Below, one piece after another: positions 44,784 through 54,888 of a stretch of 64,000 nt of DNA. This stretch comes from Pseudomonadota bacterium. GTDB taxonomy: Bacteria; Pseudomonadota; Gammaproteobacteria; Burkholderiales; JAJZUU01. Made by a program: the position numbers and the translations under genes. The notes below the pieces were generated by a model. It saw only the letters and a program-made list of their open reading frames with translations, had not been told where the DNA came from and searched no databases. The DNA lies in contig JAJZUU010000002.1 of NCBI GenBank assembly GCA_021848325.1, forward strand, positions 26,630-90,629. The letters run 5' to 3'. The first letter of the stretch is position 1, and each line of letters begins with the position of its first letter.

Positions 44784-44919
44784 GAGGTTGTGAAGAAACC
44801 GTCGCGAGCGGCCGGAGTGCGAGGCGCGAACGATGCGAACGACGAGACCTATCCAACGGATAGGCGAGGAGTGAGCAACGAAGCAATCCGGTCGCGCAGC
44901 AGGTTTATTCACAACCTCT
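44783..44919. repeat. 137-bp inverted-repeat / long-hairpin element
   Basis: agaggttgtgaagaaacc (44783-44800) vs ggtttattcacaacctct (44902-44919), 17/18 complementary. Central 7-bp hairpin cctatcc-aac-ggatagg (44848-44864). Starts at the TGA of the small ORF. Confidence 0.5.
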
Positions 44920-44921
44920 GA

Positions 44922-44950
44922 TTGCAGGTTTGGCCCACGGCCTATATAAT
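44922..44950 (+). promoter_or_regulatory. candidate sigma70 promoter upstream of tRNA-Glu
   Basis: TTGCAG -17 nt- TATAAT. It lies 69 nt before the tRNA, so the assignment is tentative. Confidence 0.35.
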
Positions 44951-45018
44951 AGCGGGCTTTTGGTTGCGGCATAATACGGCCTCCGGGCGGTGTTGGCGCA
45001 CAGAGTAAAGAAGATTAG

Positions 45019-45094
45019 GTCCCCATCGTCTAGAGGCCTAGGACATCGCCCTTTCACGGCGGTAACAGGGGTTCGAATCCCCTTGGGGACGCCA
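45019..45094 (+). tRNA. tRNA-Glu (anticodon TTC)
   Basis: GTCCCCATCGTCTAGAGGCCTAGGACATCGCCCTTTCACGGCGGTAACAGGGGTTCGAATCCCCTTGGGGACGCCA. Near-identical to my memory of E. coli tRNA-Glu. Confidence 0.95.
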
Positions 45095-45104
45095 AATAAA
45101 TCGA

Positions 45105-45138
45105 GGGGTTGTGAGAACATCACAATCCCTTTTTCTTT
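45105..45138 (+). terminator. intrinsic terminator after tRNA-Glu
   Basis: ggggttgtga-gaaca-tcacaatccc (one G:U pair), followed by tttttcttt. Confidence 0.6.
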
Positions 45139-45312
45139 CCGTAACTCGCGCCTTGGGCATCGGACTGTCGGCACGTTAGCCGTCGCTCGCGCGACCGCCC
45201 TGTGGAACTCACGGTGCGAGATTGGCGCACCAAAACCCATTCCCGGGTTTTCAGGGTCAGATTAATCCGCCGTTGTCCACTCAGACGGCCAAACATGCGA
45301 GGCCATCAATCA

Positions 45313-45576
45313 ATGCAGATTTTTGTGGGTAACCTAGCGCCAGACGTCGAAGAATCCGACCTGCTGGCGTTGTTTCAGGCGTTCGGGCAAGTAAAGTCGG
45401 TGCAGATCGCGAGAGAGTTGTTCAGCGGTACGTCGAAGGGCTTCGGCTTTGTCGAGATGCCCGGCAAGGCGCACTCCATGGCGGCGATTTCCGGGTTGAA
45501 CGGAAAGGATCTTAAAGGAAAGCCGCTCAAGGTGAACGAATCCCGGCCCAAAACTTTTGTCAGGCGCCGGAGGTAA
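45313..45576 (+). CDS. RRM-type (RNP-1) glycine-free small RNA-binding protein
   Basis: MQIFVGNL (RNP-2) and KGFGFVEM (RNP-1). 87 aa with a basic tail. Confidence 0.85.
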   Translation: MQIFVGNLAPDVEESDLLALFQAFGQVKSVQIARELFSGTSKGFGFVEMPGKAHSMAAISGLNGKDLKGKPLKVNESRPKTFVRRRR

Positions 45577-45649
45577 CCCGAGCGCGACCTGACCCTAACC
45601 CACGGCAACCGTGAGTAGGGGTGGATCGAAAATCTCTAAGTCATTCCTC

Positions 45650-45734
45650 GCGGATATGGTGGAATTGGTAGACACGCTGTCTTGAGGGGGCAGTGCCGAA
45701 AGGCGTGTGAGTTCGAGTCTCACTATCCGCACCA
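45650..45734 (+). tRNA. tRNA-Leu (anticodon GAG), long variable arm
   Basis: GCGGATATGGTGGAATTGGTAGACACGCTGTCTTGAGGGGGCAGTGCCGAAAGGCGTGTGAGTTCGAGTCTCACTATCCGCACCA. Acceptor GCGGATA/TATCCGC. Anticodon loop TTGAGGG. Confidence 0.9.
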
Positions 45735-45741
45735 AATCGTT

Positions 45742-45774
45742 AAGGGCCTTGCCGGCTGCGCCGGCAGGGCCCTT
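45742..45774. terminator. shared convergent hairpin terminator (tRNA-Leu / recA)
   Basis: aagggccttgccgg-ctgcg-ccggcagggccctt, a 14-bp stem with one mismatch, lying between the convergent tRNA-Leu and recA. Confidence 0.5.
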
Positions 45775-45788
45775 TCCGTTCCGGCGCC

Positions 45789-46810
45789 CTACGCCTCCAC
45801 GTGGGCGGCACCGGCGGCCATGGCCGCAACTCCCGCGTTGGCCCGGATCTTGGCCTCGATCTCGGCGGCCACGTCCGCATGCTCCTTGAGATACTCCCTG
45901 GCATTGTCCCTGCCCTGGCCGATCTTTTCGCCCTTGTAGCTGAACCAGGCACCGGATTTCTCGACCAGTTTGTGCTGGACGCCCAGTTCGATGATCTCCC
46001 CCTCCCGGGAAATGCCCTCGCCGTAGAGGATGTCGAACTCCGCCTGCTTGAAGGGGGGAGAGACCTTGTTTTTGACCACCTTGACCCGGGTCTCGCTGCC
46101 GATCACTTCCTCGCCCTTCTTGATCGAGCCGGTGCGGCGGATGTCCAGGCGCACCGAGGCGTAGAACTTGAGGGCGTTGCCGCCGGTGGTGGTTTCCGGG
46201 TTGCCGAACATGACGCCGATCTTCATGCGTATCTGGTTGATAAAGATCACCAGGGTGTTGGAGCGCTTGATGTTGGCGGTGAGCTTGCGCAGGGCCTGGG
46301 ACATGAGGCGCGCCTGCAGGCCCATGTGGGAGTCGCCCATCTCGCCCTCGATCTCCGCCTTGGGGGTGAGGGCCGCCACCGAGTCGACCACCACGATATC
46401 CACCGAGCCGGAGCGCACCAGCATGTCCGCGATCTCCAGCGCCTGCTCGCCGGTGTCCGGCTGGGAGATCAGCAGTTCCGGGACGTTGACCCCGAGTTTC
46501 TGGGCATACTGGGGGTCCAGGGCGTGCTCCGCGTCGATGAAGGCGGCGGTGCCGCCCAGCTTCTGCATTTCGGCGATCACCTGCAGGGTGAGGGTGGTCT
46601 TGCCGGAAGACTCCGGCCCGTAGATCTCCACGACGCGCCCGCGCGGCAGGCCGCCCACCCCGAGGGCGATATCCAGTCCCAGGGAGCCGGTGGACACCAC
46701 CTGTATGTCCGCCACCACCTCGCTGTCGCCCAGGCGCATGATGGAGCCCTTGCCGAACTGTTTCTCTATCTGTGAAAGCGCGGCGGCCAGCGCCTTGCTC
46801 TTGTTCTCAT
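45789..46810 (-). CDS. recA: recombinase RecA
   Basis: [28 protein letters not shown]...[10 protein letters not shown] (Walker A). Full-length 340 aa. Trimmed from track start 47042. Confidence 0.97.
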
Positions 46811-46894
46811 CCATAAATCGATCCCTTCCGAATAAGCTGCTGATTATGGCATAGTTGGCGCCGGTAATGAAACGGAGCGCGGACCGCGCCGGGA

Positions 46895-47410
46895 TCAGGC
46901 CATGCCCGTGAAGACGGACAGCATCTTCAGGATGCCGGCAAGGGCCGCCTCCACCGCTTGTGCCCGCACCTGGCGGCGGTCCCCCGCAAAATGGCGGGTC
47001 TCGCTGCGGGCGCTGCCGTCTTCCATGGCCCATCCCAGGCACACGGTCCCTACCGGCTTGGTGGGAGTAGCCCCGCCCGGCCCGGCGATGCCGCTGATGG
47101 CCACGGCGATCTGGGCACGGCTGTGCTTGAGGGCGCCCGCCGCCATCTCCTGCACCGTCTGCTCGCTCACCGCCCCATGTTGTTCCAGCGTCCGGGGAGA
47201 AACGCCCAACATCTCCTGCTTGGCCAGGTTGGTGTAGGTGATAAAGCCCCGGTCGAACCAGTGGGAGCTGCCGGGCACCGCGGTCACTACCTCCCCCACC
47301 CAGCCGCCGGTGCAGGATTCGGCGGTGGCCAGCATCAGCCCCGCCTCCTTCAGTCTCGCCCCCACCTGCTGCGCCAGGGGGTAGAGCTGCTCGTTTTCCG
47401 ATTCAGTCAT
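46895..47410 (-). CDS. pncC: nicotinamide-nucleotide amidohydrolase PncC / CinA C-terminal domain protein
   Basis: [11 protein letters not shown]...ISGIAGPGG motifs. ATGA overlap with the pgpA stop. Confidence 0.85.
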   Translation of the reverse strand: MTESENEQLYPLAQQVGARLKEAGLMLATAESCTGGWVGEVVTAVPGSSHWFDRGFITYTNLAKQEMLGVSPRTLEQHGAVSEQTVQEMAAGALKHSRAQIAVAISGIAGPGGATPTKPVGTVCLGWAMEDGSARSETRHFAGDRRQVRAQAVEAALAGILKMLSVFTGMA

Positions 47411-47907
47411 CGCAGCCACAATAGTCCGTGAATGATAGCCAAGGTATAGCCCGCCGCCAGCAGGTCGTCCAGCATCACCCCGAAGCCGCCCTTGAGACGG
47501 CGCTCCAGGTAGCGGATGGGAAACGGCTTCCAGATGTCCAGCAGCCGGAACAGCAGGAAGGCGGCGCCGAACCACGGGGCCGTCTGGGGGATCCACAACA
47601 GCACCAGCATGAAGGCGACGATCTCGTCCCACACGATCCCGCCGTAGTCGTCCACCCCCAGCGCCTCCCCGGTCTTGCCGCACCAGCGCACGCCGACGGC
47701 GAACGCGGCCAGCAGCACCAAGGTAAAGGCCCCCCGGCCGAGCCACGGGGCCAGCAGCCAGTAGGGCAGGAAGGCGGCCAGGGTGCCCGCCGTCCCCGGC
47801 GCCTTCGGGCTTAAGCCGCTGCCGAAGCCGAACGCCATGAAGTGCGCCGGACGGCTCAGGACAAAGCGCCAGGACGGCCGCACCTGGGGTTCGGCGCCGC
47901 TACCCAT
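47407..47907 (-). CDS. pgpA: phosphatidylglycerophosphatase A
   Basis: FGFGSGLSPKAPGTAGTL...IVWDEIVAF...DIWKPFPI. Confidence 0.85.
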   Translation of the reverse strand: MGSGAEPQVRPSWRFVLSRPAHFMAFGFGSGLSPKAPGTAGTLAAFLPYWLLAPWLGRGAFTLVLLAAFAVGVRWCGKTGEALGVDDYGGIVWDEIVAFMLVLLWIPQTAPWFGAAFLLFRLLDIWKPFPIRYLERRLKGGFGVMLDDLLAAGYTLAIIHGLLWLR

Positions 47908-47915
47908 GGGCCGGC

Positions 47916-48941
47916 CTAATCCCGGGCATCCTCGCCGCCGTCCGGCGGTCCCGGGGGCGAAACCGGGCGCGGGCGGGACAGATCGGGGCCGAAGTGGTCA
48001 AACCCCTTGGTCTGCGACTCCACGAGGCGGCCGTTTTCGTCCAGCACCCGCAGGCCGCCACCCTGCCCGGTCCGGCCCACGGCGGTGAGCGGCAGGCCGG
48101 TGGCGCGGCCGATGGTTTCTATCTCTGCGCGCCGGGCGGGAGGGGCGGTAAAACACAATTCATAGTCGTCGCCGCCGGCCAGCAGGCAGTCCCGCGCCAC
48201 CGGCTGGTGCAGATGAGCGCGCAGCACCGGGGAGGCCGGCAGCTTGGCGAACGCCAGTTCGGCGCCCAGCCCGGAACATTCCAGGATGTGCCCCAGGTCG
48301 GCCAGCAGGCCGTCTGAGATGTCGATGGCACTGGTCGCCAGTCCGCGCAGCCGTTCCCCCAGTTCCACCCGCGGGGTGGGGGTGTGCAGCGCGGGCAGGC
48401 AGGCGGCCACCTCGTGGGGCTGCAGGGTCACGCGGTGCTGCAGGTGGGCCAGCGCCAGGGCCGCGTCCCCGATGTGGCCGGACAGCCAGACCTCGTCGCC
48501 GGCCCGGGCGCCGGAACGGCGCAGGGCCTGCCCCGCCGGCACCTCGCCCATGATCTGCACGCAGATGACGAGCGGACCGCGGGTGGTGTCGCCCCCCACC
48601 AGGTCGACCCCATATTCCCGGGCGATGCCGAAAAAGCCCTCGGCAAAGGCCGCAAGCCAGGCCTCGTCCGCTTCCGGCAAGGCCAGGGAGAGGGTCGCCC
48701 AGCGCGGGCTGGCGCCCATGGCGGCCAGGTCGGACAGGTTCACCGCCAGGGCCTTGTAGCCCAACTGGAAGGGATCGGCGTCCGGGAAGAAGTGATGGCC
48801 CGCCAGCAACATGTCGGTGGACACCGCCAATTCCATGCCGGGGGCGACTTGGATCAGGGCTGCGTCATCGCCCACACCGAGCACCGCCCCGGGGGCGGGG
48901 CGGGTGAAAAAACGCCGGATCAGGTCGAATTCTGAGGCCAT
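47916..48941 (-). CDS. thiL: thiamine-monophosphate kinase
   Basis: [12 protein letters not shown]...GDDAALI...[15 protein letters not shown]-synthase-like fold motifs. Confidence 0.9.
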   Translation of the reverse strand: MASEFDLIRRFFTRPAPGAVLGVGDDAALIQVAPGMELAVSTDMLLAGHHFFPDADPFQLGYKALAVNLSDLAAMGASPRWATLSLALPEADEAWLAAFAEGFFGIAREYGVDLVGGDTTRGPLVICVQIMGEVPAGQALRRSGARAGDEVWLSGHIGDAALALAHLQHRVTLQPHEVAACLPALHTPTPRVELGERLRGLATSAIDISDGLLADLGHILECSGLGAELAFAKLPASPVLRAHLHQPVARDCLLAGGDDYELCFTAPPARRAEIETIGRATGLPLTAVGRTGQGGGLRVLDENGRLVESQTKGFDHFGPDLSRPRPVSPPGPPDGGEDARD

Positions 48942-49078
48942 GAGCTAAATCTAACACAGATGGCGAGGGGCCGCTGGATGATCCACGGAAGGCGCCTATC
49001 CCGGGGCGGGAAGGCGCAGAGTTGGTTTACAGAGATAGCACCGCGGACTCCCGCCCTCTGCACGACCATGCCTCGGGT

Positions 49079-49579
49079 CTAATCTCTTTGCCGGCCCGGC
49101 TCCCCCTGACTGGCCTTGATCTCCACCGCGCGCACCTTGACGGCGAGCTTGTCCAGCACGCCGTTCACGTATTTGTAGCCATCCGTGCCGCCGTATTGCT
49201 TGGCCAGTTCCACCGCCTCGTTGATCACCACGCGGTAGGGGACCTCCGGGTGGTGGACCAGTTCGAACGCGGCGAGCCGCAGAATGGAATGCTCGATCGG
49301 ACTGAGTTCCTCCGCCCCCCGGTCCAGATGGGGGGCGAGCTGCCGGTCCAGGGCCTCGACCTGCTCGATGGTGCCGTGCAGCAAGGCGTTGAAATGGGCC
49401 GGGTCCGCCTCCGGAAACATCTCCTCGTCGCGCAATTGCTGTTCGATGGTGGCCACCGGATAGCCGGTGAGGCGCCACTGGTACAGGCCCATGAGCGCCA
49501 ACTCCCGCGACTTGCGCCGGCTTTTCTTGGGCCGCGCCCCGCGTCGGGGCGATTCATCGTTGCCCTTGCCGCCGCTCAT
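49079..49579 (-). CDS. nusB: transcription antitermination factor NusB
   Basis: [12 protein letters not shown]...ILRLAAFEL...[11 protein letters not shown]...VNGVLDK. ATGA overlap with ribH. Confidence 0.9.
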   Translation of the reverse strand: MSGGKGNDESPRRGARPKKSRRKSRELALMGLYQWRLTGYPVATIEQQLRDEEMFPEADPAHFNALLHGTIEQVEALDRQLAPHLDRGAEELSPIEHSILRLAAFELVHHPEVPYRVVINEAVELAKQYGGTDGYKYVNGVLDKLAVKVRAVEIKASQGEPGRQRD

Positions 49580-50043
49580 AGGCGCTTCAGCAGGTTGGCC
49601 ATCTCGATCGCCACCAGCGCCGCGTCCCGCCCCTTCTCGCTCATGCGTGCCAGGGCCTGCTCGTCGTTGTCGGTGGTGAGGATGGCGTTGGCCACCGCCA
49701 CCCCGGTGAGCAACTGCACCTGGGTGATGCCGCCGGCGGATTCGTTGGAGACCACCTCGAAATGGTAGGTGTCGCCGCGGATCACCGCACCAAGGGCGAT
49801 CAGGGCGTCGAATTTGCCGCTCTGCGCCATGGCCTTCAGGGTCAGCGGGACTTCCAGCGCGCCGGGGACGGTGGCCAAGGTGATGTCCGCCTCGGCCACC
49901 CCGTGCCTGATCAGGGCTGCCGTGCATGATCCCAGCAGCCCTTCCCCCACGTCCACGTTGAAGCGGCTCATGACGATGCCGATCTTCAGCCCGGCGCCGC
50001 TCAGGTCCGGTTCCAGCTCGCTAATGTTGTCATACTTGGCCAT
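49576..50043 (-). CDS. ribH: 6,7-dimethyl-8-ribityllumazine synthase
   Basis: [10 protein letters not shown]...VPGALEVP...[12 protein letters not shown]. Confidence 0.95.
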   Translation of the reverse strand: MAKYDNISELEPDLSGAGLKIGIVMSRFNVDVGEGLLGSCTAALIRHGVAEADITLATVPGALEVPLTLKAMAQSGKFDALIALGAVIRGDTYHFEVVSNESAGGITQVQLLTGVAVANAILTTDNDEQALARMSEKGRDAALVAIEMANLLKRL

Positions 50044-50070
50044 CTGATCCTATTCCTCCGCTATGTTCAG

Positions 50071-51180
50071 TCAGTCCTGCCGTTCCTGGTCGGGCAGCAG
50101 ATAGCCGGTGACCTCCAGATCGAAACCGGCCATGCTGGGCATCTTACGCGGCACGGCCAGCAGGCGCATCTTCCTTACGTTGAGGTCCTTCAGTATCTGC
50201 GCGCCGATGCCGTAGTTGCGCAGGTCCACCTTGGAAGTAACCCGGAGCGCGCCGTCCCCGGCCTTGACCCGCTCCAGCAACTCCATGGCGGTCTCCGGAC
50301 GGTGGAGGAACAACACCACCCCGCTGTCCGCCTTGGCGATCTCCTCCATGGCCCGCTGCACGCCCCAGGAGTGAGGCCCGCTTCCGATGTCCAGCAGGTC
50401 CATCACCGACAGCGGCTCGTGCACGCGCACCAGGGTCTCCGCGTCCGCCGCGGGCTGCCCCTTGACCAGGGCCAGGTGGGTCTCCTGGGCGATCTTGTCC
50501 AGGTAGGCGATCAACTGGAACTCGCCCCACACCGTGCGCACCGGCCGCTCGGCCGCCCGCGCCACCAGGGTCTCGGTCTGGTTGCGGTAGTGGATCAGGT
50601 CGGCGATGGTCCCGATCTTGAGCTGGTGCTCCTTGGCGAACTCCAGCAGGTCTGGCAGGCGCGCCATGCTGCCGTCGTCCTTGAGGATTTCGCAAATCAC
50701 CGCCGCCGGCACCAGCCCGGCCAGATGCGCCAGGTCGCAACCGGCCTCGGTATGCCCGGCCCGCACCAGCACCCCGCCGTTTTGCGCCTGCAGGGGAAAG
50801 ATATGCCCCGGCTGCACGATGTCCTCCGGCTTGGCGTCCCGCTTCACCGCCGCCTGCACGGTGCGCGCCCGGTCGGCGGCGGAGATCCCCGTGGTCACCC
50901 CCTCGGCGGCCTCGATGGAGAGGGTGAAGTTGGTGCCCAGGGGCGAGCGGTTGGCGCTCACCATCAGGGGCAGGTCCAACTGGCGGCAGCGGTCTTCGGT
51001 CAGGGTCAGGCAGATCAGGCCGCGCCCGTGCTTGGCCATGAAATTGACGTGCTCGGGGGTGACGAATTCGGCGGCCAGCACCAGGTCCCCCTCGTTTTCC
51101 CGGTCTTCCTCGTCCACCAGGATGACCATCTTGCCGTTCCTGATGTCCGCGATGATGTCTTCTGTCGAGCTTACTGTCAT
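50071..51180 (-). CDS. ribBA: bifunctional 3,4-dihydroxy-2-butanone-4-phosphate synthase / GTP cyclohydrolase II-like
   Basis: VDEEDRENEGDL...RAGHTEA in the DHBP synthase half, plus a C-terminal RibA-like half. 369 aa. Confidence 0.93.
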   Translation of the reverse strand: MTVSSTEDIIADIRNGKMVILVDEEDRENEGDLVLAAEFVTPEHVNFMAKHGRGLICLTLTEDRCRQLDLPLMVSANRSPLGTNFTLSIEAAEGVTTGISAADRARTVQAAVKRDAKPEDIVQPGHIFPLQAQNGGVLVRAGHTEAGCDLAHLAGLVPAAVICEILKDDGSMARLPDLLEFAKEHQLKIGTIADLIHYRNQTETLVARAAERPVRTVWGEFQLIAYLDKIAQETHLALVKGQPAADAETLVRVHEPLSVMDLLDIGSGPHSWGVQRAMEEIAKADSGVVLFLHRPETAMELLERVKAGDGALRVTSKVDLRNYGIGAQILKDLNVRKMRLLAVPRKMPSMAGFDLEVTGYLLPDQERQD

Positions 51181-51217
51181 GGTATCCGGCTTCTTTAAAA
51201 TCGTGAGAAGGGGCGAT

Positions 51218-51823
51218 CTAGTCCTTGTCGCTCTGTTCGTAAAAGGCCGCCAGGCGCTCCACGTAGCGCGCCAGCAGGTCCACCTCCAGATTGACCCTGC
51301 CTCCCTGTTGCAAATGCTTGAAGGTGGTCACCTGCAGGGTGTGGGGGATCAGGTTGATGGCGAGTTCGTCGCCCGCCACCCGATTCACCGTGAGGCTCAC
51401 CCCGTTGACGGTAATCGAGCCCTTGGCGGCGACGTACTTGCTCAGGGCATGGGGCGCCTGGATCTCCAGCAGGTGAGATTCGCCCACCGGGGCAAACCGG
51501 ACCACCTCCCCCACCCCATCCACATGGCCGCTGACCAGGTGCCCTCCGAGCCGGTCGCTGAGGCGCATGGCCTTTTCCAGGTTCACTTCGCCCACCGCGT
51601 CCAGGCCGTGGGTGCAATTGAGGGTCTCCCGGGAAACCTCCGCCGTGAATGTGGTTTCCGAAAGCGCCACCGCCGTCAGGCAGACGCCGTTGACCGCGAT
51701 GCTGTCGCCCACAGCCACGTCGCTCAGGTCCAGCCCACCGGCATGGATATTCAGACGCAGCCCCTGCTCCAGCGGGTCCGTTCTGGTGATTCTGCCCATT
51801 GCCTGAATGATTCCGGTAAACAT
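51218..51823 (-). CDS. ribE: riboflavin synthase alpha chain
   Basis: MFTGIIQAMG...GDSIAVNGVCLTA, with an internal repeat GSITVNGVSLTV. Confidence 0.9.
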   Translation of the reverse strand: MFTGIIQAMGRITRTDPLEQGLRLNIHAGGLDLSDVAVGDSIAVNGVCLTAVALSETTFTAEVSRETLNCTHGLDAVGEVNLEKAMRLSDRLGGHLVSGHVDGVGEVVRFAPVGESHLLEIQAPHALSKYVAAKGSITVNGVSLTVNRVAGDELAINLIPHTLQVTTFKHLQQGGRVNLEVDLLARYVERLAAFYEQSDKD

Positions 51824-51842
51824 GCTTTCCCTTGTCCCCACA

Positions 51843-52017
51843 ATAATCCTAAAAAACTTAGTTCATCCGCAGATTACACAGATTTACGCAGATATGTCAG
51901 GAGCTTGCCTCGATGACAGATGTTACCCAGAAGGTGAATCGGATTTTCCATGTAACCATCTGTTTATGCGTTGTTTAATCTGCGTGAATCTGCGCAATCT
52001 GCGGATTTTAGGATAAT
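51843..52017. repeat. 175-bp inverted-repeat element filling the ribD-ribE spacer; each arm carries three ATCTGCG/CGCAGAT units
   Basis: Left arm: ataatcctaaaa...ccGCAGATTacaCAGATTtacGCAGAT. Right arm: ATCTGCgtgaATCTGCgcaATCTGCggattttaggataat. The centre is also self-complementary (acagatgttac / gtaaccatctgt). Confidence 0.55.
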
Positions 52018-52027
52018 CGGTTCGCCC

Positions 52028-53116
52028 TCAGGCGTCGACCCAGGCCCGCAGCCGGATGTCCCGCCCCACCATGGTCACGTCCCGCAGCCGCAGCTCCCGG
52101 CGCTGGCTCATCCCTGTCAGCTCGGGCAAGGCGAACAGGCCGCGGGCCCGGTCCCCCAGTAGCACCGGCGCGGTGTACATTACCAACTCGTCCACCAGGC
52201 CCGCCTGCAGCAGGGCGCCATTGAGGGTGCAGCCCGCCTCCACCATGACCTCGTTGATCTCGCGCGTGGCCAGTTCCCGCAGCAGCCCTTGCAGGTCCAC
52301 CCGGCCCGCGCCGTCCGGCAGCAGCAGCACCTCCGCCCCCGCGTCCTCCAGCCGTACCACCCGCTCCAGGCTGTCCGTCGCTCCCACCACCAGGGTGCCG
52401 CCGCCGGCCAGGATCTTGGCCGCGGGCGGGGTGCGCAGCCCGCTGTCCAGCACGATCCTGAGGGGCTGGCGCCTGGTCTCCACCTCCCGCACGTCCATCC
52501 GCGGGTCGTCGGCCAGCACCGTGCCGATCCCGGTCAGGATCGCGCAGGAGCGGGCGCGCAGCCGGTGCACGTCGCGCCGGGCCGCCTCGCCGGTGATCCA
52601 GAAGCTGGTGCCGTTGGCCAGCGCGGTCTTGCCGTCCAGGCTGCTGGCGGTCTTCACCCTGAGCCACGGACGCCCCCGGGTCATGCGCGCCGCAAAACCG
52701 ATGTTCAGTTCCCGCGCCTGCTCCGCCAGCAGCCCGGATTGCACCCGGATGCCCGCCTGCTCAAGCTTGCGCAGCCCCTGCCCGGCGACCTGGGGATTGG
52801 GGTCCCGCATGGCCGCCACCACCCGGCCCACCCCTGCCGCGATCAGCGCCTCGGCGCAGGGCGGGGTGCGTCCGTGATGGCTGCACGGCTCGAGGGTAAC
52901 GTAGGCGGTGGCGCCCCGGGCCCGGCAACCGGCAGCGGCCAGGGCGTGGACCTCGGCATGGGGCTGGCCGGCCCGTTGGTGCCAGCCCTCCCCCACCACC
53001 TCCCCGTCCCCCACGATCACGCAGCCGACCCGCGGGTTGGGGCTGGTGGTCCACAGCCCGCGTTCGGCCAGGCGCAGGGCGCGCGCCATATACTGGTGGT
53101 CGGCGGCGGAAAACAT
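52028..53116 (-). CDS. ribD: bifunctional riboflavin biosynthesis deaminase/reductase RibD
   Basis: HAEVHAL...TLEPCSHHGRTPPC deaminase zinc motif, plus a C-terminal reductase half. Confidence 0.9.
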   Translation of the reverse strand: MFSAADHQYMARALRLAERGLWTTSPNPRVGCVIVGDGEVVGEGWHQRAGQPHAEVHALAAAGCRARGATAYVTLEPCSHHGRTPPCAEALIAAGVGRVVAAMRDPNPQVAGQGLRKLEQAGIRVQSGLLAEQARELNIGFAARMTRGRPWLRVKTASSLDGKTALANGTSFWITGEAARRDVHRLRARSCAILTGIGTVLADDPRMDVREVETRRQPLRIVLDSGLRTPPAAKILAGGGTLVVGATDSLERVVRLEDAGAEVLLLPDGAGRVDLQGLLRELATREINEVMVEAGCTLNGALLQAGLVDELVMYTAPVLLGDRARGLFALPELTGMSQRRELRLRDVTMVGRDIRLRAWVDA

Positions 53117-53574
53117 CAGGAGGTCTGTTCCCCCAGGTCGCGGATCGCATCCCGGAAGTCGTTCACATCCTCGAAGCTGCGGTACACCGAGGCGAAGCGG
53201 ATATAGGCCACCTTGTCCAGCCGGTATAATTCCTCCATCACCATCTCGCCGATCTGGCGCGAGGACAGCTCCCGCTCGCCCAGGCCCAGCACCTTCTGCA
53301 GGATGCGGTCGATGGCCTCCTCCACCCTCTCGGTGGGGACCGGGCGCTTGTGCAGGGCGCGCATGAAGCTCACCCGCACCTTGTCGCGCTCGAATTCCTC
53401 GCGGGTTCCGTTTTGCTTGACCACCTGCGGCATGCGCAGTTCCGCCGTCTCGTAGGTAGTGAAGCGCTTGCTGCAGGCGGCGCAGCGGCGGCGACGGCGG
53501 ATGCTCTCGCCATCTTCGCTGACCCGGGAATCGATCACCTGGGTGTCAGGGGCGCCGCAAAAGGGGCATTTCAT
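53116..53574 (-). CDS. nrdR: transcriptional repressor NrdR
   Basis: [17 protein letters not shown]...RRRRCAAC zinc ribbon plus ATP-cone. Trimmed to ATG 53574. Confidence 0.95.
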   Translation of the reverse strand: MKCPFCGAPDTQVIDSRVSEDGESIRRRRRCAACSKRFTTYETAELRMPQVVKQNGTREEFERDKVRVSFMRALHKRPVPTERVEEAIDRILQKVLGLGERELSSRQIGEMVMEELYRLDKVAYIRFASVYRSFEDVNDFRDAIRDLGEQTS

Positions 53575-53637
53575 GGCTTCAAGCGGGGGCGAGCGCGAGG
53601 CGCGGAACACACCTCACCGGCCGTCTCCATCCCTCCT

Positions 53638-54888
53638 TTATTTGCCGTATACCGGAAACTTCGCGCACATGGCCTTGCCCTCCCGGGCCACCCGGGCGAT
53701 CACCCCTTCGTCGGCGGGGGCGTCCAGCACGTCGGCGATCAGATTGGCCAGGTGCTCCGCCTCGATCTCCTTGAAGCCGCGGGTAGTCATGGCCGGGGTG
53801 CCGATGCGGATGCCGCTGGTGACGAAGGGCTTTTGCGGGTCGTTGGGGATGGCGTTCTTGTTGACCGTGATGTGGGCGCGCCCGAGGGCCGCTTCCGCGT
53901 CCTTGCCGGTGATGCCCTTGGCCCGCAGGTCCACCAGGAACAGATGGGAGTCGGTGCGTCCGGAAACGATGCGCACCCCGCGCTCCTGCAGCACCTTGGC
54001 CATCACCCGGGCGTTGTCGATCACCTGCTCCTGGTACACCTTGAATTCGTGGCCGGCCGCCTCCTTCAGGGCCACCGCCTTGGCGGCGATGACATGCATC
54101 AGGGGGCCGCCCTGGGTGCCGGGGAAGATGGTGGAGTTCAGGACCTTTTCGTGTTCCGCCCTGGCCAGGATGATGCCGCCCCGCGGTCCGCGCAACGTCT
54201 TGTGGGTGGTGCTGGTCACGAAATCGGCGATACCCACCGGGCTGGGGTACATGCCGGCGGCGATCAGCCCGGCGTAATGGGCCATGTCCACGAACAGGTA
54301 GGCGCCCACCTGATCGGCGATGTGGCGGAAGCGCTTCCAGTCGATCACCAGGGAATAGGCGGAGGCGCCGGCCACGATCATCTTCGGCTTGTGCTCCCGG
54401 GCCAGGCGCTCCACCTCGTCGTAATCGATCTCCTCGGTCTCGGGGTGCAGTCCGTAGCCCACCGCATGGAACAGCTTGCCGCTGAAGTTGACGTGGGAGC
54501 CGTGGGTCAGGTGGCCGCCGTGGGCCAGGGACATGCCCAGGATGGTGTCCCCCGGGGCCAGCACCGACAGATACACCGCGGCGTTGGCCTGGGACCCGGA
54601 GTGGGGCTGGACATTGGCGTAGTCGGCCTTGAACAGGGCCTTGGCGCGGTCGATGGCCAGCTGTTCCGCGACGTCCACCCACTCGCAGCCGCCGTAGTAG
54701 CGCTTGCCCGGATAGCCCTCGGCGTACTTGTTGGTCAGCACCGAGCCCTGGGCCTCCATCACCGCCGGGCTGGTGTAGTTCTCCGAGGCGATCAGCTCGA
54801 TGTGGTCTTCCTGACGCTGCCGCTCGCCCTCGATGGCCCGCCACAGTTCGGGGTCGACGCTGGCGATGGTCTGTTTTGCGCTGAACAT
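53638..54888 (-). CDS. glyA: serine hydroxymethyltransferase
   Basis: [12 protein letters not shown]...[12 protein letters not shown] (PLP Lys). 416 aa. Confidence 0.97.
   Translation of the reverse strand: MFSAKQTIASVDPELWRAIEGERQRQEDHIELIASENYTSPAVMEAQGSVLTNKYAEGYPGKRYYGGCEWVDVAEQLAIDRAKALFKADYANVQPHSGSQANAAVYLSVLAPGDTILGMSLAHGGHLTHGSHVNFSGKLFHAVGYGLHPETEEIDYDEVERLAREHKPKMIVAGASAYSLVIDWKRFRHIADQVGAYLFVDMAHYAGLIAAGMYPSPVGIADFVTSTTHKTLRGPRGGIILARAEHEKVLNSTIFPGTQGGPLMHVIAAKAVALKEAAGHEFKVYQEQVIDNARVMAKVLQERGVRIVSGRTDSHLFLVDLRAKGITGKDAEAALGRAHITVNKNAIPNDPQKPFVTSGIRIGTPAMTTRGFKEIEAEHLANLIADVLDAPADEGVIARVAREGKAMCAKFPVYGK

Noticed and set aside
46811-46894. LexA (SOS) box upstream of recA.
   Set aside because: The closest string, CTATGCCATAATCAG, has the wrong spacing and half-sites for CTGT-N8-ACAG. 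I cannot support an SOS box by eye.
51842-52027. Possible FMN (RFN) riboswitch in the rib operon spacer.
   Set aside because: The conserved RFN core strings I remember (AGGATAGTCCGAGAG, GGTGAAATTCC, CCGACGGT) are absent. The spacer is instead a symmetric inverted-repeat element.
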